8,495 bases of DNA. It comes from Octopus sinensis. Taxonomy: Eukaryota. Shown here one piece after another: positions 7,956 to 8,495 of the stretch (positions are counted from its first letter, which is position 1; each line of letters begins with the position of its first letter). The notes beneath the pieces are model-generated. The model was given only the letters and a program-made list of their open reading frames with translations. It made no database searches and had not been told where the DNA came from. The DNA lies in assembly GCF_006345805.1 (NCBI RefSeq), contig NW_021828429.1, positions 1 to 8,495 of the forward strand. Direction: 5' to 3'. The translations under genes were made by a program, and so were the position numbers.

Positions 7956-8495
7956 GTGTTACTCAATCATCTGGTACATGACTAAATGTTTCAATTCATT
8001 TAAAAAAAAAATTTTTTTAAGATGAAATAAAATAAAATAAAACGCAGCAGAATATTTTAAACCAAAGTAGCTTTTAGGGAATATTATTTTGTTCTGAAAA
8101 TGGCTCCAGGAATAAACTAAAAAAAAAAACCCGTCATAAAACCATAAAAACAAAACAAAACAAAAAATGAAAATGCAAACAAATGTTAGACAAAGAAGAA
8201 CTTTGAATAGGAAGTAACAAGGTGGTTTTTATGAAGAGAAATATTTCAAAGAAAAAAGGTAGAAAAAAAAAAAAAAAATTCAAATATGGCGGAAAGTGGA
8301 GGGAGCGATTTATTTGTAATCGAACTGTATTAAAAGATATTCTGAAAATGGCGTGTGCAAAAGGGTGTGGAGAAGTAGGCGGTTGTGATGTAGACGGCGC
8401 TGCGATGAAATATTAAGAAGAGATTAAATTGAATAAATTGAATAAGTTCAATAACAGCAGACACAGATACATGTATGTATAAAAGAATTATATTT

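Noticed and set aside
1-8495. CRISPR array or prokaryotic operon-like system
   Set aside because: There are no repeat-spacer arrays and no gene-dense coding. All periodicity is simple-sequence repeat.

Overview
AT-rich, microsatellite-dense eukaryotic non-coding DNA (intergenic or intronic). It is probably from an octopus or other coleoid cephalopod; this is inferred from recognising the SINE family, not verified. No host gene could be identified, and nearly all listed ORFs are microsatellite artefacts. The informative part is a retroelement cluster at 5257-7130. It contains a full-length tRNA-derived SINE with a 13-bp candidate TSD and a probable LINE 3' UTR ending in a 13-bp hairpin and (TAA)25. 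Facing that is a minus-strand, 5'-truncated, decayed R4/Dong-clade non-LTR retrotransposon (restriction-like endonuclease C-terminus, 3' UTR, TAA tail). A short GC-rich, transposon-end-like fragment and a second SINE with the same head but a different tail follow. The most unusual signal is a compact multi-stem pseudoknot in the R4/Dong 3' UTR; its stem order resembles the HDV ribozyme but it lacks the catalytic consensus. I found no convincing evidence of a wholly new multi-gene system.
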